This document shows, one piece after another, positions 28,323 through 38,678 of a stretch of DNA of 64,000 nt (positions are counted from its first letter, which is position 1; each line of letters opens with the position of its first letter). The notes under the pieces were generated by a model. That model ran no database searches and was not told the origin of the DNA. It saw only the letters and a program-made list of their open reading frames with translations. The position numbers and the translations under genes were made by a program. This stretch comes from a virus. The stretch is taken from the IMG/VR virus record IMGVR_UViG_3300044959_000237, positions 32,001-96,000 of that record; one strand, 5' to 3'.

Positions 28323-29390
28323 TCACTGAGAGTTGATTCTTTTCTTCAATCTTGCCAAGATATCATCGGGATTTGTTTTTGTTTTGTTTTCCGAGACCAC
28401 AATCTTTCTGGATGAATTTTTGTTTTCCAAAAGTTTTTCTTCAATATCATCCTCGAATTCATCGATGTCGTCGACATCGACAAAACCTGTTTCAGTCAAT
28501 TCATCATTGTTTTCTTCTTCTGCAAATTTTTCTTTTTCAATTTTCTTCTGATCGGTTTTCACAGAAGTCTCGTTCTTGGCCTTTATGATTGGAATGCTAT
28601 CAGTTTCATCGTCCTGCTTTCTTTTCTGCTTCAACCATCTTCCCCATTTTTGAATATCGAACAGCTCACCATTGACACTGGCAACGAACATTTCGTAAAT
28701 TTCTTTCAAATCATCAGAATCCGGTTTTGCTGGAATGAAATCTGACAAATTGAACAATCCATAGGTTTCGATGGCTTCGAGTTCTTCTTCACTCAGGTTG
28801 CGAGATTTGATCGACCAAGTACTTGTAGAATAATCGGCATACTTGCCACCTTTCTTTGTTTTTGTAATACGAAAATCTCTACCGTCCTTGTAATCTACTG
28901 GTATGATTTCCATTTCAGGATTCATCAAACTTGATTTTATGATGTTGAAAAGACTTGTATTCAATACAAATCTTCTGATCGGATTTTTTGGTGGATTATC
29001 TTCTTTGAATGGTGAGGAAACAACAAAACCCTGAAAAATATAAGATTTCTTTTTCCAGTATTTTTTAGCTGATTCTTCCAACTCCGGGTCCTTGAACCAG
29101 GTTCTGACTTCTTTCAATATCGGACATGGAAGACCATACATTTCCACACAAGGAACCCTGACTGTCAACGGAGTGTTTTCATTATCTGTCGATCCGGAAA
29201 AATACAGATTTATCGTAAGTTTTTCAACCCAGAAAAATGGATTCGATTCATTGCCATCTGGAAGAAATCTTACTATTGCGGTTTTATCATCAGGAATGTT
29301 CCAAAACTGATAAATGGCATTGTCAGCAAAATTGTTCTTTTTTTCATCATCTTTTGCAAGTTTACGACGTATTTCTTCTAATGAAAGCAT
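28323..29390 (-). CDS. single-stranded DNA-binding protein (gp32-like)
   Basis: VRFLPD, FFWVE, PCVEMYG.PCPI, YWKKKSY, ADYSTSTW, acidic linker. Confidence 0.88.
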   Translation of the reverse strand: MLSLEEIRRKLAKDDEKKNNFADNAIYQFWNIPDDKTAIVRFLPDGNESNPFFWVEKLTINLYFSGSTDNENTPLTVRVPCVEMYGLPCPILKEVRTWFKDPELEESAKKYWKKKSYIFQGFVVSSPFKEDNPPKNPIRRFVLNTSLFNIIKSSLMNPEMEIIPVDYKDGRDFRITKTKKGGKYADYSTSTWSIKSRNLSEEELEAIETYGLFNLSDFIPAKPDSDDLKEIYEMFVASVNGELFDIQKWGRWLKQKRKQDDETDSIPIIKAKNETSVKTDQKKIEKEKFAEEENNDELTETGFVDVDDIDEFEDDIEEKLLENKNSSRKIVVSENKTKTNPDDILARLKKRINSQ

Positions 29391-29471
29391 TTTTTTCTCC
29401 TTTCTTCAGCCTTGTTGAGTTTCATGTTAGCCAGCATGAGTTGTAATTCAACCTGCGTAACTAACAAAAGA

Positions 29472-29500
29472 ATTATATGTTTCACTTGTTCTGAATTCAA
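29472..29500 (-). promoter_or_regulatory. sigma70-type promoter for ssb
   Basis: TTGAAT-17 nt-TATAAT. Confidence 0.65.
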
Positions 29501-29621
29501 TATAAAAGTCGAACGAAAAAAAATTTTTCGTGAAACTTTTCAATTTGTTCGAAAAACAAAGCAAAATTCTTCCAAGTTTTCTAAAATGAATTTTCGAAAA
29601 AAAAAACTTGCAAGATACATT

Positions 29622-30482
29622 TCAGAACAACCATTTTTTCAATTTGTTTTTTATTTCCACTTTTTCTGTTCTGGATAATTTGTCACTGTTTTCTATTTCT
29701 CGAAGAACAAAAGATTTGTTTTGTACATATTTGAATATCATATCGAGAACATCATGTGTCAAATCCACTGAATTCAATATATAATTTTCCCATGCTTCTA
29801 TCGTCATGGGAACATATGGTCTTACAAGTTCGAGAATTGAATTTGCCAAAACTCTTATTTCGAACTGAGCATGTTCATCGATTCTCAATGAAAGAAATTT
29901 CAAAAGATTGTTCAAATCGATTTTCCAATACATTTCTGTGTAATTGGACACTGGTAGAACAATTCTCGACAATTCTCTTGCCAAATCTTCTTCCAACAGA
30001 TTTCGATAAATCTCGTATGCCTTGTCGTTGAAATCTTTTATTGTATTTCGAATTCTTTTTGCCGTATTTTCGTCGAAATTTTCGCTTCTTCCCTGTTTGT
30101 TGTTTTTCGACTGTTTTCCCAAACAGGTCATGTCCGGAACATAAAATTCGTCTGTCATTACAGAATATCGACCAGAATATTCATTGACGTTTGCAGTTCT
30201 GTGTCTTATCAATTGACGAGCCACAAAAATTGGTATTTTCAGATGAAATTTGAATTCTACCATTTCAAAAGGAGAAGTATGTCTGTTTCTCAACAAATAT
30301 CTTATCAATGCTCTATCTTCGGATACTTTTCTGGTACCTTTGCCATATGATACTCTTGCTGCTTCTACAATAGCTCGATCACCATCACCATCCGAAGGCA
30401 TTCTGTCGACAAGACCAACAAATCCATGGTCGAGAATTCTTATATACGAAGAATTGTTTTCTACATCTTTTGCATTTGTCAT
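29622..30482 (-). CDS. thyX: FAD-dependent thymidylate synthase
   Basis: AARVSY, HTSPFE, RHRTANVNEYSGRY (RHRx7SxR), HAQFEIR. Confidence 0.96.
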   Translation of the reverse strand: MTNAKDVENNSSYIRILDHGFVGLVDRMPSDGDGDRAIVEAARVSYGKGTRKVSEDRALIRYLLRNRHTSPFEMVEFKFHLKIPIFVARQLIRHRTANVNEYSGRYSVMTDEFYVPDMTCLGKQSKNNKQGRSENFDENTAKRIRNTIKDFNDKAYEIYRNLLEEDLARELSRIVLPVSNYTEMYWKIDLNNLLKFLSLRIDEHAQFEIRVLANSILELVRPYVPMTIEAWENYILNSVDLTHDVLDMIFKYVQNKSFVLREIENSDKLSRTEKVEIKNKLKKWLF

Positions 30483-30551
30483 GGAAATTCCTTCTGATTA
30501 ATTTTCACACAAAAATAATAATGACAAAGAAAGTTTATTTCAATATGAATT

Positions 30552-30815
30552 TCAATGTTGAAAATTTTGAATGCCGAGAATTTTTTTCAAATATTGTTTT
30601 GCAAAATCTTTTCCTTTTATTCTTTCGATAAGTTGCCAACCTTTGTTGAAGGTTATCAATTTGTCATAAATGCAATTCAAATCACCATCACATTTCAAAT
30701 AATAAGATTGTATTTCATTTTTGTTTGGAACTGTTTTCAGCAGAATGTAAATTGCATCCATATCTTCATCATAATTCAAGGTTTGATCGAACAATTCGTA
30801 TAATTTCATTTTCAC
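30552..30815 (-). CDS. small probable internal-head protein
   Basis: MKLYELFD N-terminus. Confidence 0.55.
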   Translation of the reverse strand: MKMKLYELFDQTLNYDEDMDAIYILLKTVPNKNEIQSYYLKCDGDLNCIYDKLITFNKGWQLIERIKGKDFAKQYLKKILGIQNFQH

Positions 30816-32989
30816 AATCCTATTGCTTTTCTCAAAAAGTTCGAAAAATCGACTTCTTTCCTGTCAAGAGCAACATCATATATGAGTTCGAGTGCCTTTC
30901 TGTTTTGTTCATTCGATGGAAAACCGTTCATCAATTCCAGACATTGTTCTGCAATATAAATTCCATAACGATTTTTCACTTCGGAAATAATATCTATCGG
31001 ATTGTCGATTGTTCCTTCGAAAGTCAAATTTCCAGCATAATTGTATTCATTGTTTCGATCCACGGCATTTATGTAATCTTCCAATTCGTTTGCCATATCT
31101 TTATAACCATACATGTTTGCAAAATTTGCAATCATTTTGAGACTTTTGATATCACATGTACTGAGAGGATTGTTTGCAAACAATCTTTCTGCTTGTGATG
31201 CTACAGCTGCTCCCTTGTTGAATTCGAGTTGTGTCAGAAATTGTTTTTGTTCCAGAACATTCTTTGGATAATTTTTCAATGTTACGAACTTGATAGGATC
31301 CATTTTGAGATCATCGACATATTCATCACGACTATTGGAAGAAGAACAAAAATCGCAATTGCATTTACAAGAAGGATCATTGGGACATTTACATCCACAA
31401 GAACACTCTTTCAACAAGTTTCTGTTGTTTTTTATCAGGTTCTTCATGATAGAAGAACAGATCATATTCGCTGTTTCTTTTCTTATATCATTTTTTATGA
31501 CATTCATCAATCTCAATATCTGTTTTTCACTCAAGAAAGAAGTAATTCTTCCGAGTCGCAAGGGATTGTTTTTCTCTCTTATCATTTCTGTAACAATTTG
31601 AGAGAAAAATTCTCTGTCTCCCCTGAGAATTTCTTCTGAAAGTCTTTTTTCGGCAGGAATCGATTTCAGTGGACCTACGACTTTTTCCGAAACGTAAATA
31701 TGAAAAGGATAATCGATGACAAACGTAAGATATTCATGTTTCATTACAGGCAAATCACCGATTTCCTTGGGAGGAAATCCTATTTTTTCCAATATTTTTC
31801 TTGCTTCGTCTCGCAAATAATTTTTCAGAACCATGTCGTCTTTTATTTTGTCATAATGAAAATTCATGAAATGTAACTGTCCGCCAACAAATTTCTTGGA
31901 ATTTTTTTCTTCTTCCGTCATTTCTTTTACAACAACATCGTATTTTTTTCCACCAACTTCGACATGATATTCTTCTGTCTTGGAATTTACGTCGTTTCTT
32001 ACATCTGCAGAATCCTCGATTATTTTATCTATGCTGAAATTTTCCAGCCATTTTTTATATTCATTGAGCAAATCGTTTGCATTTCTTTCAGGAAACTTGA
32101 TACCAATCATATTCGCTACTGATTGAACAAGTTTTTCCAGATTTGAAAGATATTTTTCATCCAAATCCGTTTTTCTTCCGCCGGACAGAGCTTCGTAGTA
32201 ATCCGATAATCTCGAAGCCATATTTGCAACAATTATATCGTTCATGTTCGTCAAAGCCTCGGCAACTGTAGAATAGAAAAGAGCTTTTTGAGAATGAGGA
32301 TTTTCACTGTATGGTACTGGAATTTTTCTTCCGGAAATCGATTTGTTCAGAATTCTTCTTGCCTGAACAAGATATTCTACGGGTTTTGCATCTTCTTTTC
32401 TTTCTGGATATCCACCTGAAGCCAAATCGAGAAGTCGAAGTATTTTTGCCAATTTTCTTTCCGAATCAGAATAATTTTCCAGATCGAATTTCATGTCATC
32501 TTTTTCCGAAACAACATCTACTATCAATTTCTTTCCGTTCTTCGATTGAAAAGCATTGTTCATTCTTCTCAATACTTCGATAAGTTTATCTATTGTCGTC
32601 AATTGAAGAATTTTGTACAAATATTTTGCCAACAATTTTTTTTCTTTTTCGTATTTTTCTTTCTGTATAAGAAAATCTTCTCTCATTTCTTTTAACTTCC
32701 TTTCTTTTTTCCATAATACTTTTATGTTGTAATTGTAATTGAACGACAATATGAGATTTTTCGTTATTTTCAACCATTTCAGAAATCTGGAATCGATTTT
32801 CGGTACATATATATTGAATTTCAAATTGATTTCATCGAAAGAGACAATCCAATTATTTGGCATTATCAACAGTCTTCTTATTTTTTCGAGTTCTTTTGTT
32901 TCATCTCCTTTGATATCGAAAAGCTTGACTGCGCCGAAAGCTTCCGAATATTTTATCAATTCATTGAATATTTTTTCATAAGCTTTCAT
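30812..32989 (-). CDS. large probable virion protein with Cys cluster
   Basis: 725 aa; late motif at 33011-33017; internal LxE sites; CSCGCKCPNDPSCKCNCDFC. Confidence 0.6.
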   Translation of the reverse strand: MKAYEKIFNELIKYSEAFGAVKLFDIKGDETKELEKIRRLLIMPNNWIVSFDEINLKFNIYVPKIDSRFLKWLKITKNLILSFNYNYNIKVLWKKERKLKEMREDFLIQKEKYEKEKKLLAKYLYKILQLTTIDKLIEVLRRMNNAFQSKNGKKLIVDVVSEKDDMKFDLENYSDSERKLAKILRLLDLASGGYPERKEDAKPVEYLVQARRILNKSISGRKIPVPYSENPHSQKALFYSTVAEALTNMNDIIVANMASRLSDYYEALSGGRKTDLDEKYLSNLEKLVQSVANMIGIKFPERNANDLLNEYKKWLENFSIDKIIEDSADVRNDVNSKTEEYHVEVGGKKYDVVVKEMTEEEKNSKKFVGGQLHFMNFHYDKIKDDMVLKNYLRDEARKILEKIGFPPKEIGDLPVMKHEYLTFVIDYPFHIYVSEKVVGPLKSIPAEKRLSEEILRGDREFFSQIVTEMIREKNNPLRLGRITSFLSEKQILRLMNVIKNDIRKETANMICSSIMKNLIKNNRNLLKECSCGCKCPNDPSCKCNCDFCSSSNSRDEYVDDLKMDPIKFVTLKNYPKNVLEQKQFLTQLEFNKGAAVASQAERLFANNPLSTCDIKSLKMIANFANMYGYKDMANELEDYINAVDRNNEYNYAGNLTFEGTIDNPIDIISEVKNRYGIYIAEQCLELMNGFPSNEQNRKALELIYDVALDRKEVDFSNFLRKAIGL

Positions 32990-33058
32990 GACAAAAAACC
33001 TTTTTCTTTCTATTTATTATTCAAACCAATAAATATTTCAAACAAGATCGACAAAACG

Positions 33059-34180
33059 ATGAACAACGAAGAAAATTTCGAAATTGATTGCAACAGAAAA
33101 ATAAATTCGAAACTTTTGAAACGTTTGAGAAAATATACCAAAGAAAATGTTTTCGAATTGATGAAAAAGATGAAAACTACCAATCTTGCACAAATTATTT
33201 ATCATGCAAAAAATCAGGACATGGAAAGAAAAAAGTTCGGATTCTGTCAGGCAGAAGGATGTAACAACAAAACGGTTTTTCTTTCTTTGAAAAAAGGATA
33301 CAGAAAATATTGCAGTCGCGAATGTTTTTTCAAACAACCTCGAAAAATATCGGAAAGAGCAAAGAAAAGAATGTTGGCGAGAAAAAAACGCAGAGAATAT
33401 ATGAGAGAATATTTCAGAAAAAGAACTTTCAAAAGATATGGTCTCGAATATTTGCCTGAAAATAAAAAGATTCTCAAGAAAAAAATAATAGAATACAAAG
33501 AAAAAAGAAGAAAAGAAGAAATGTTGAAAAAATATGGTGTTCTTTATCCATATCAAATCGAAGAAGTTTTCAAAAAAGCAGATGAAAAGAGAAAAAGAAC
33601 ATTGAGAATGAAATATGGATATAGTTATACTTTTTCAGTTCCCAGTATAAAAGAAAAAGCAAAAAAGACATTTCAAAGAAAATACGGTGCTCCAAATTTT
33701 CTGGCATCGGAAAAGAACAAAAAACGTCTCGAAAAATTGAAAAAACAAAATAAAGAAAAAAACAACAAGATACAAAACAGCAAAGCGGCAAATGACAAAA
33801 ATACGACAAATGTCGAAAATGTGAACAAAAACAAAAAAATGAAAACAAGTTTCGAAACAATGATAAAGAGAAAAAAACTTCCACCTCTTATCGAAAAACA
33901 TATTTTCAACAATGAATGGACAAAATATCTGGTAGACAAGGAATCCAACGTAAAAAGAACCCGACCTTCAGTGGCTTCGAAATTACAAGATAAAGAATAT
34001 GTGGATTACTTGATATATCAGGAACTTCTGACACCGGAGGAAATGTGTGAAAAACTTGGAATTGACAAGATATATTTGAGAAGATGTCTGAAAATGCACG
34101 GTTATTCTTTGAAAAAGATAAAATTCATAGTACAGAAAGAAAAAGAAAAATTGGAAGATGAATTTTCGACTCAGATTTGA
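33059..34180 (+). CDS. basic Zn-finger/KYG-repeat DNA-binding protein
   Basis: CQAEGC...YCSREC plus repeated K.T...KYG units and a C-terminal HTH-like segment. Confidence 0.6.
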   Translation: MNNEENFEIDCNRKINSKLLKRLRKYTKENVFELMKKMKTTNLAQIIYHAKNQDMERKKFGFCQAEGCNNKTVFLSLKKGYRKYCSRECFFKQPRKISERAKKRMLARKKRREYMREYFRKRTFKRYGLEYLPENKKILKKKIIEYKEKRRKEEMLKKYGVLYPYQIEEVFKKADEKRKRTLRMKYGYSYTFSVPSIKEKAKKTFQRKYGAPNFLASEKNKKRLEKLKKQNKEKNNKIQNSKAANDKNTTNVENVNKNKKMKTSFETMIKRKKLPPLIEKHIFNNEWTKYLVDKESNVKRTRPSVASKLQDKEYVDYLIYQELLTPEEMCEKLGIDKIYLRRCLKMHGYSLKKIKFIVQKEKEKLEDEFSTQI

Positions 34181-34237
34181 AAATGAAAAATTCTACAAGT
34201 ACATTCTATGACAAAATTGACATACAATTCGAATTGT

Positions 34238-34627
34238 TTACAATCTTTTGATTCTGTAAGCATTCTTGAAATTTTCCATGTTTTGCACATTCAGATGAAC
34301 AAAATACTGATCGACAAGAAAAACAAAATATTTTTTTGGATAGACATTTCTCAAATGTGACAAGTTTGTCACTACTATATGATAAGGTTCCTTGATCAAG
34401 CTTATCCAAAAAGGAGATTTGTCGGACCAATAATATGGAAGTCCTCTTTCTTCCCGTGTAACTGTTACACGGGGACTGAAAGATTGTCTTTTTACTATGT
34501 GAGTCATTTCCAAAATGTAAACATCATTCATTTCCAAAAGAAATGAATGTGTTTCATTGGCTTCCAATATTATGTCTCCTTCCAAAAGTTGAGAAAAATA
34601 TCTTCTTGGTTGTTCAATTGTAGACAT
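34238..34627 (-). CDS. hypothetical protein
   Basis: 129-aa ORF co-oriented with neighbours. Confidence 0.55.
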   Translation of the reverse strand: MSTIEQPRRYFSQLLEGDIILEANETHSFLLEMNDVYILEMTHIVKRQSFSPRVTVTREERGLPYYWSDKSPFWISLIKEPYHIVVTNLSHLRNVYPKKYFVFLVDQYFVHLNVQNMENFKNAYRIKRL

Positions 34628-34646
34628 TTTTGTTCGACAAGATCAA

Positions 34647-34910
34647 TCAAAACAGAAGAAACAACACGAAAATCAGAAAAATCAAGTTTTCGAAGAAAAA
34701 CAAATGTCCAGCATAGTATGGACATGCTCTGCAAAATTCCACAAAAAGATTTACAAAAGCATGAAGAAAAAGAATATCATTCCACCCTTTTCTCATTTTA
34801 CCTTGATCTGTTTTGCTATAAGGATTGTCTGAAAAAGGATGAGTAATACTATACCAGATTCTCTGAAAATGAACGTTCATATTTTTCAGACATTCGATTT
34901 TATCTGCCAT
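34647..34910 (-). CDS. hypothetical small membrane protein
   Basis: 87 aa, hydrophobic C-terminus, SD GGAG. Confidence 0.5.
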   Translation of the reverse strand: MADKIECLKNMNVHFQRIWYSITHPFSDNPYSKTDQGKMRKGWNDILFLHAFVNLFVEFCRACPYYAGHLFFFENLIFLIFVLFLLF

Positions 34911-34928
34911 TTCGAATCTCCTTCGATT

Positions 34929-37214
34929 TTATTGATTTTTTGAAATTTCTTCATATACCTTTTTGATATCGAGCTTGTACAATTTCAATGCATTTTTTAC
35001 GACCATGAGCAATTTCAGAGCAAATTTCTTGTCTTTTTTCATTTCTTTGTACAATACGAAAAATCTTTCAATTTCACTTCTGGAAAGTTTGTCGCCAAAA
35101 ATTTCTTCTTTTATTTTTTCGTCCAAATCTTCAATTACAATATGATAATTTTCAGTCATTTTTTTTATCAAAACACGAGCAAATTCTTTTTCATCATTGG
35201 CTTTGATCAAATTTTCCTTGAAAGAGAACATTGTCATGAATATGAATTTCTTGATTTCATTCTGATGTTTTTCGAATTTTTTGGAAATTTTTCTTATGAA
35301 ATTCAATATTTCATCCGCTTTCTTGTTAATCAAATCATAATCTGCTATTCTTGTACTGAATTCTCGCTTTACTGATTTTTCGGTTTCAATTCTTTTCACA
35401 ACTGCTTTGACCATTTTTTTGATGGCTTCGTCGAATTTTGTATATTCTTTTATCGACGACTCCCATACAAGAAATGAAAATTTCAATATATTTCTTATTA
35501 TTTCTTCTTCTTTTTCCTCGTATTTTCTTCCTCCAAGAACTCGAAATTCTGCATAATTTTCGTTCTTTTTGACTCTTATGATTTTGTATTTTTCATCCCA
35601 GAAATCTTTCATTCGATCTTTGACATTATTCGAAAAATTCTCCCGATCTGTCAGAAATTTTTTCAAGAAAGAGTAAATTTCCTTACCCAATTCATTCAAA
35701 TTTTGAGTTTTGTAATAATTCTTCATTTCAAATGACAAAAATTTCATGAATTGTGGTTCCAATTCTTTGGTGAAAAAGATTCTTTGATCTTTTTCGTCGA
35801 AAATATCCAGAAGATAATCCAATGTTCCAAGAGTAAAAAGATAATTCGCATTCAAGCTTTTGAAATATGGCGAGGATGGATCTACAGATATGTTGACATG
35901 CAAGCCCGAAGTAGAAGTTGTTTCAAAATCGATTGACATATCATTTATGGAAATATTACCCTTCCTTATTGTTTCCAACACTTTTTTCAGAACTTCAACT
36001 GCTTGTGAAAAAGGTAAAGGCGGAGTTATAAGTTCAAGAGGCAGAGGAAATTTTTCTCTGTGAAATTCATATTCCAATAATTCCAGATTTTCGTTATTAT
36101 CAGTATCCAATACCGACGCATCATATTTGATTTGCAGATTGTCGACTTTTGTCGAATTAGTGAAGTATTTCAAAATATCTTTGGAAACACCTTGTGAAGA
36201 ATTATTTGCATAATTTCGTTCATACACGAATATCATTTGTTCCAACATGGAATTTTCGTCGAATGTATATTCTTCGAATTGGGAAAAACCTTCATGATCA
36301 TTGTCTTCATCATATTCTTCTTCATTGTTTCCATCGTAATTTTTCTGGTTTCCTTCATTATCCTGTTTGTATTTCCAAGGAAAAGATTCTATCATTTCTT
36401 CTTTCGACAATATTTTTTCCATTGGAACAATTGCCAGAAATTCAAATTCGAAACCAATCATAATCGAATTCAAATCCATATTTCGAATATCTTTTTTCTG
36501 AATATCGATTCTTTCATTCAAATCAATTCTATGATCGATGTTTTCCAAAGAAAGTTGTCTGCTTATTCTTTTATTCAGAAGATCGATCAATTTTTCCATG
36601 ATTCCTGTATTTCTGAGTAATTTGAATATGATATTTTCGGAAGAAAATTCGCCTCCTTTTTCAAGTCCGCTTTTTCTGAATTTTCTTATTTTTTCCAACA
36701 CTTTCTTTATAAATCTGTAATCTTCGTTTTGTTCGACTACCCGGTTTATCAAAAACAATATCTTTTGAAATTTTTTTCGAATTTCATCGACATTTATGTT
36801 TGGTTTTATATTTTTTGGTTCGATTATCCATTTGTTTTTCAATACCGAAAAAACACCAGAAGAAAAATGAGATTCGTCCATCAATTGAAAATATACTTCT
36901 ACTTCCAGTCCTTTGATTTTTATATCGTAGAGATTGTTCAATATTTTCTTTTCACAAGCCAGATATTTTTTATATAAATTTTTATTGTTTTCATCGATAT
37001 TCAAAATAATATGCAAATCGATATCACTGTAATCAGTGTAATTGAAATTTGCATTACTACCCGTAATGACAATATCTTTGACGTATTTTCTTGGTATTTC
37101 AGCTGATTTTATAAAAAAATCGGCAATTTTCAGAAGAGATTTCCTGATTTTCGGCTTCAATTCAAAATCATTCCAAAGAACGGGATTCAATTTTTTGTGA
37201 TATTCTATTTTCAT
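34929..37214 (-). CDS. fusion: pol-beta nucleotidyltransferase plus putative amidoligase (COOH-NH2 ligase)
   Basis: ITGSNANFNY..YSDIDLH, GGEFSSEN..FKLLR; then GFEFEF, YDASV, ELITPP, TSGLHVNIS, EFR. Confidence 0.78.
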   Translation of the reverse strand: MKIEYHKKLNPVLWNDFELKPKIRKSLLKIADFFIKSAEIPRKYVKDIVITGSNANFNYTDYSDIDLHIILNIDENNKNLYKKYLACEKKILNNLYDIKIKGLEVEVYFQLMDESHFSSGVFSVLKNKWIIEPKNIKPNINVDEIRKKFQKILFLINRVVEQNEDYRFIKKVLEKIRKFRKSGLEKGGEFSSENIIFKLLRNTGIMEKLIDLLNKRISRQLSLENIDHRIDLNERIDIQKKDIRNMDLNSIMIGFEFEFLAIVPMEKILSKEEMIESFPWKYKQDNEGNQKNYDGNNEEEYDEDNDHEGFSQFEEYTFDENSMLEQMIFVYERNYANNSSQGVSKDILKYFTNSTKVDNLQIKYDASVLDTDNNENLELLEYEFHREKFPLPLELITPPLPFSQAVEVLKKVLETIRKGNISINDMSIDFETTSTSGLHVNISVDPSSPYFKSLNANYLFTLGTLDYLLDIFDEKDQRIFFTKELEPQFMKFLSFEMKNYYKTQNLNELGKEIYSFLKKFLTDRENFSNNVKDRMKDFWDEKYKIIRVKKNENYAEFRVLGGRKYEEKEEEIIRNILKFSFLVWESSIKEYTKFDEAIKKMVKAVVKRIETEKSVKREFSTRIADYDLINKKADEILNFIRKISKKFEKHQNEIKKFIFMTMFSFKENLIKANDEKEFARVLIKKMTENYHIVIEDLDEKIKEEIFGDKLSRSEIERFFVLYKEMKKDKKFALKLLMVVKNALKLYKLDIKKVYEEISKNQ
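35451..35704. repeat. 254-bp direct repeat, copy 1
   Basis: Identical by eye to 37809..38062 (offset 2358). Confidence 0.85.
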
Positions 37215-37277
37215 TGTGAAAAACCTTCGATTTTTTATTTCTATTTATTTTCCGGTGACAATTTTCATAATATGATG

Positions 37278-38678
37278 TTATGAAAATTGAAAGTGTTTCG
37301 AAACTTCTTCGTATATTTTCCTGATATCGAGATTGTACAAATTCAATGCATTTCTTGCAATCAAAAACATTTTCAGAGCAAATTTTCTGTCTTTTTTCAT
37401 TTCATTGTACAAATTGATGAAATTTCCAATTTTGTTTTTAGGTTGATCAATACCAAAAATTTCTTTTCTTATTTTTTCGTTCAATTCTTTCAATGAAATG
37501 ATAAACGGACTGGTTATTTCTTTGATCAAAGAAGAGACAAATTGACTTTCATTTTTACTTTTGATCAAATTGTGTTTGAATACAAACATTACCATGAATA
37601 TGAATTGTTCGATTTCATTTCGATTTTTTTCGAATTTTCTGGAAATGTTATCGATAAAATTCAAAATTTCATTTGCTTTTTTATTGATTGATTCGTCTTC
37701 CAAGATTTCCAAATTCAACTTCTGTTTTTCTACTTTATCGACTTCAATGTATTTTGTAATTTCTTTCATCATTTTTCTGATGATATCGTCCATTTTTGTA
37801 TATCTGTCTATCGACGACTCCCATACAAGAAATGAAAATTTCAATATATTTCTTATTATTTCTTCTTCTTTTTCCTCGTATTTTCTTCCTCCAAGAACTC
37901 GAAATTCTGCATAATTTTCGTTCTTTTTGACTCTTATGATTTTGTATTTTTCATCCCAGAAATCTTTCATTCGATCTTTGACATTATTCGAAAAATTCTC
38001 CCGATCTGTCAGAAATTTTTTCAAGAAAGAGTAAATTTCCTTACCCAATTCATTCAAATTTTCGTTTTTGTAATAATCTTTTATTTCAGAGGCCAAAAAC
38101 TTCATGAACTCGGGGTTCAATTCCTTCGTGAAAATTCTTCTTCGATTTTCTTCGTCGAAAATATCCAGAAGATAATCCAATGTTCCAAGAGTAAAAAGAT
38201 AATTTGCATTCAAGCTTTTGAAATATGATGAGGATGAATCTACCGATATGTTGATATGCAAGCCCGAAGTAGGAGTTGTTTCCAAATTGATTGACATGTC
38301 ATCTGTTGTAATGCTACCTTTTCTTATTGTTTCCAACACTTTTTTCATAACTTCAATGGCTTGTGAAAAAGGCAAAGGCGAAGTTACAAGTTCCAATGGA
38401 AGAAGAATTTGTTTATCATCGATTTTTTGTTCCGATAGACCTATATATTCGAGAATATCAGAAGTGATACTCAGAACTGATTGATCGAATTTGAGTTCAA
38501 TATGTTCAACTTTTGTCAAATTAATCAAATACTTCAAAATTGTCTTTATTGCTTTTGATTTGGTTGATATTTTTTCTTTCATTACAACAGTTGCCAAAAA
38601 TTCGAATTCGAAACCAATTGAAACTGAATTAAAATTCATATTTCGAATATCTTTTTTTCCGAATATCGATTCTTTCAT
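37278..38678 (-). CDS. stand-alone putative amidoligase, paralogue of the C-terminal part of 34929..37214
   Basis: GFEFEF, FDQSV, ELVTSP, TSGLHINIS, YAEFRVLGG. Confidence 0.78.
   Translation of the reverse strand: MKESIFGKKDIRNMNFNSVSIGFEFEFLATVVMKEKISTKSKAIKTILKYLINLTKVEHIELKFDQSVLSITSDILEYIGLSEQKIDDKQILLPLELVTSPLPFSQAIEVMKKVLETIRKGSITTDDMSINLETTPTSGLHINISVDSSSSYFKSLNANYLFTLGTLDYLLDIFDEENRRRIFTKELNPEFMKFLASEIKDYYKNENLNELGKEIYSFLKKFLTDRENFSNNVKDRMKDFWDEKYKIIRVKKNENYAEFRVLGGRKYEEKEEEIIRNILKFSFLVWESSIDRYTKMDDIIRKMMKEITKYIEVDKVEKQKLNLEILEDESINKKANEILNFIDNISRKFEKNRNEIEQFIFMVMFVFKHNLIKSKNESQFVSSLIKEITSPFIISLKELNEKIRKEIFGIDQPKNKIGNFINLYNEMKKDRKFALKMFLIARNALNLYNLDIRKIYEEVSKHFQFS
37809..38062. repeat. 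254-bp direct repeat, copy 2
   Basis: Identical by eye to 35451..35704. Confidence 0.85.

Noticed and set aside
35451-38062. Diversity-generating retroelement TR/VR pair
   Set aside because: The shared tract is identical rather than adenine-variable, both copies are mid-gene, and no reverse transcriptase is present in the window
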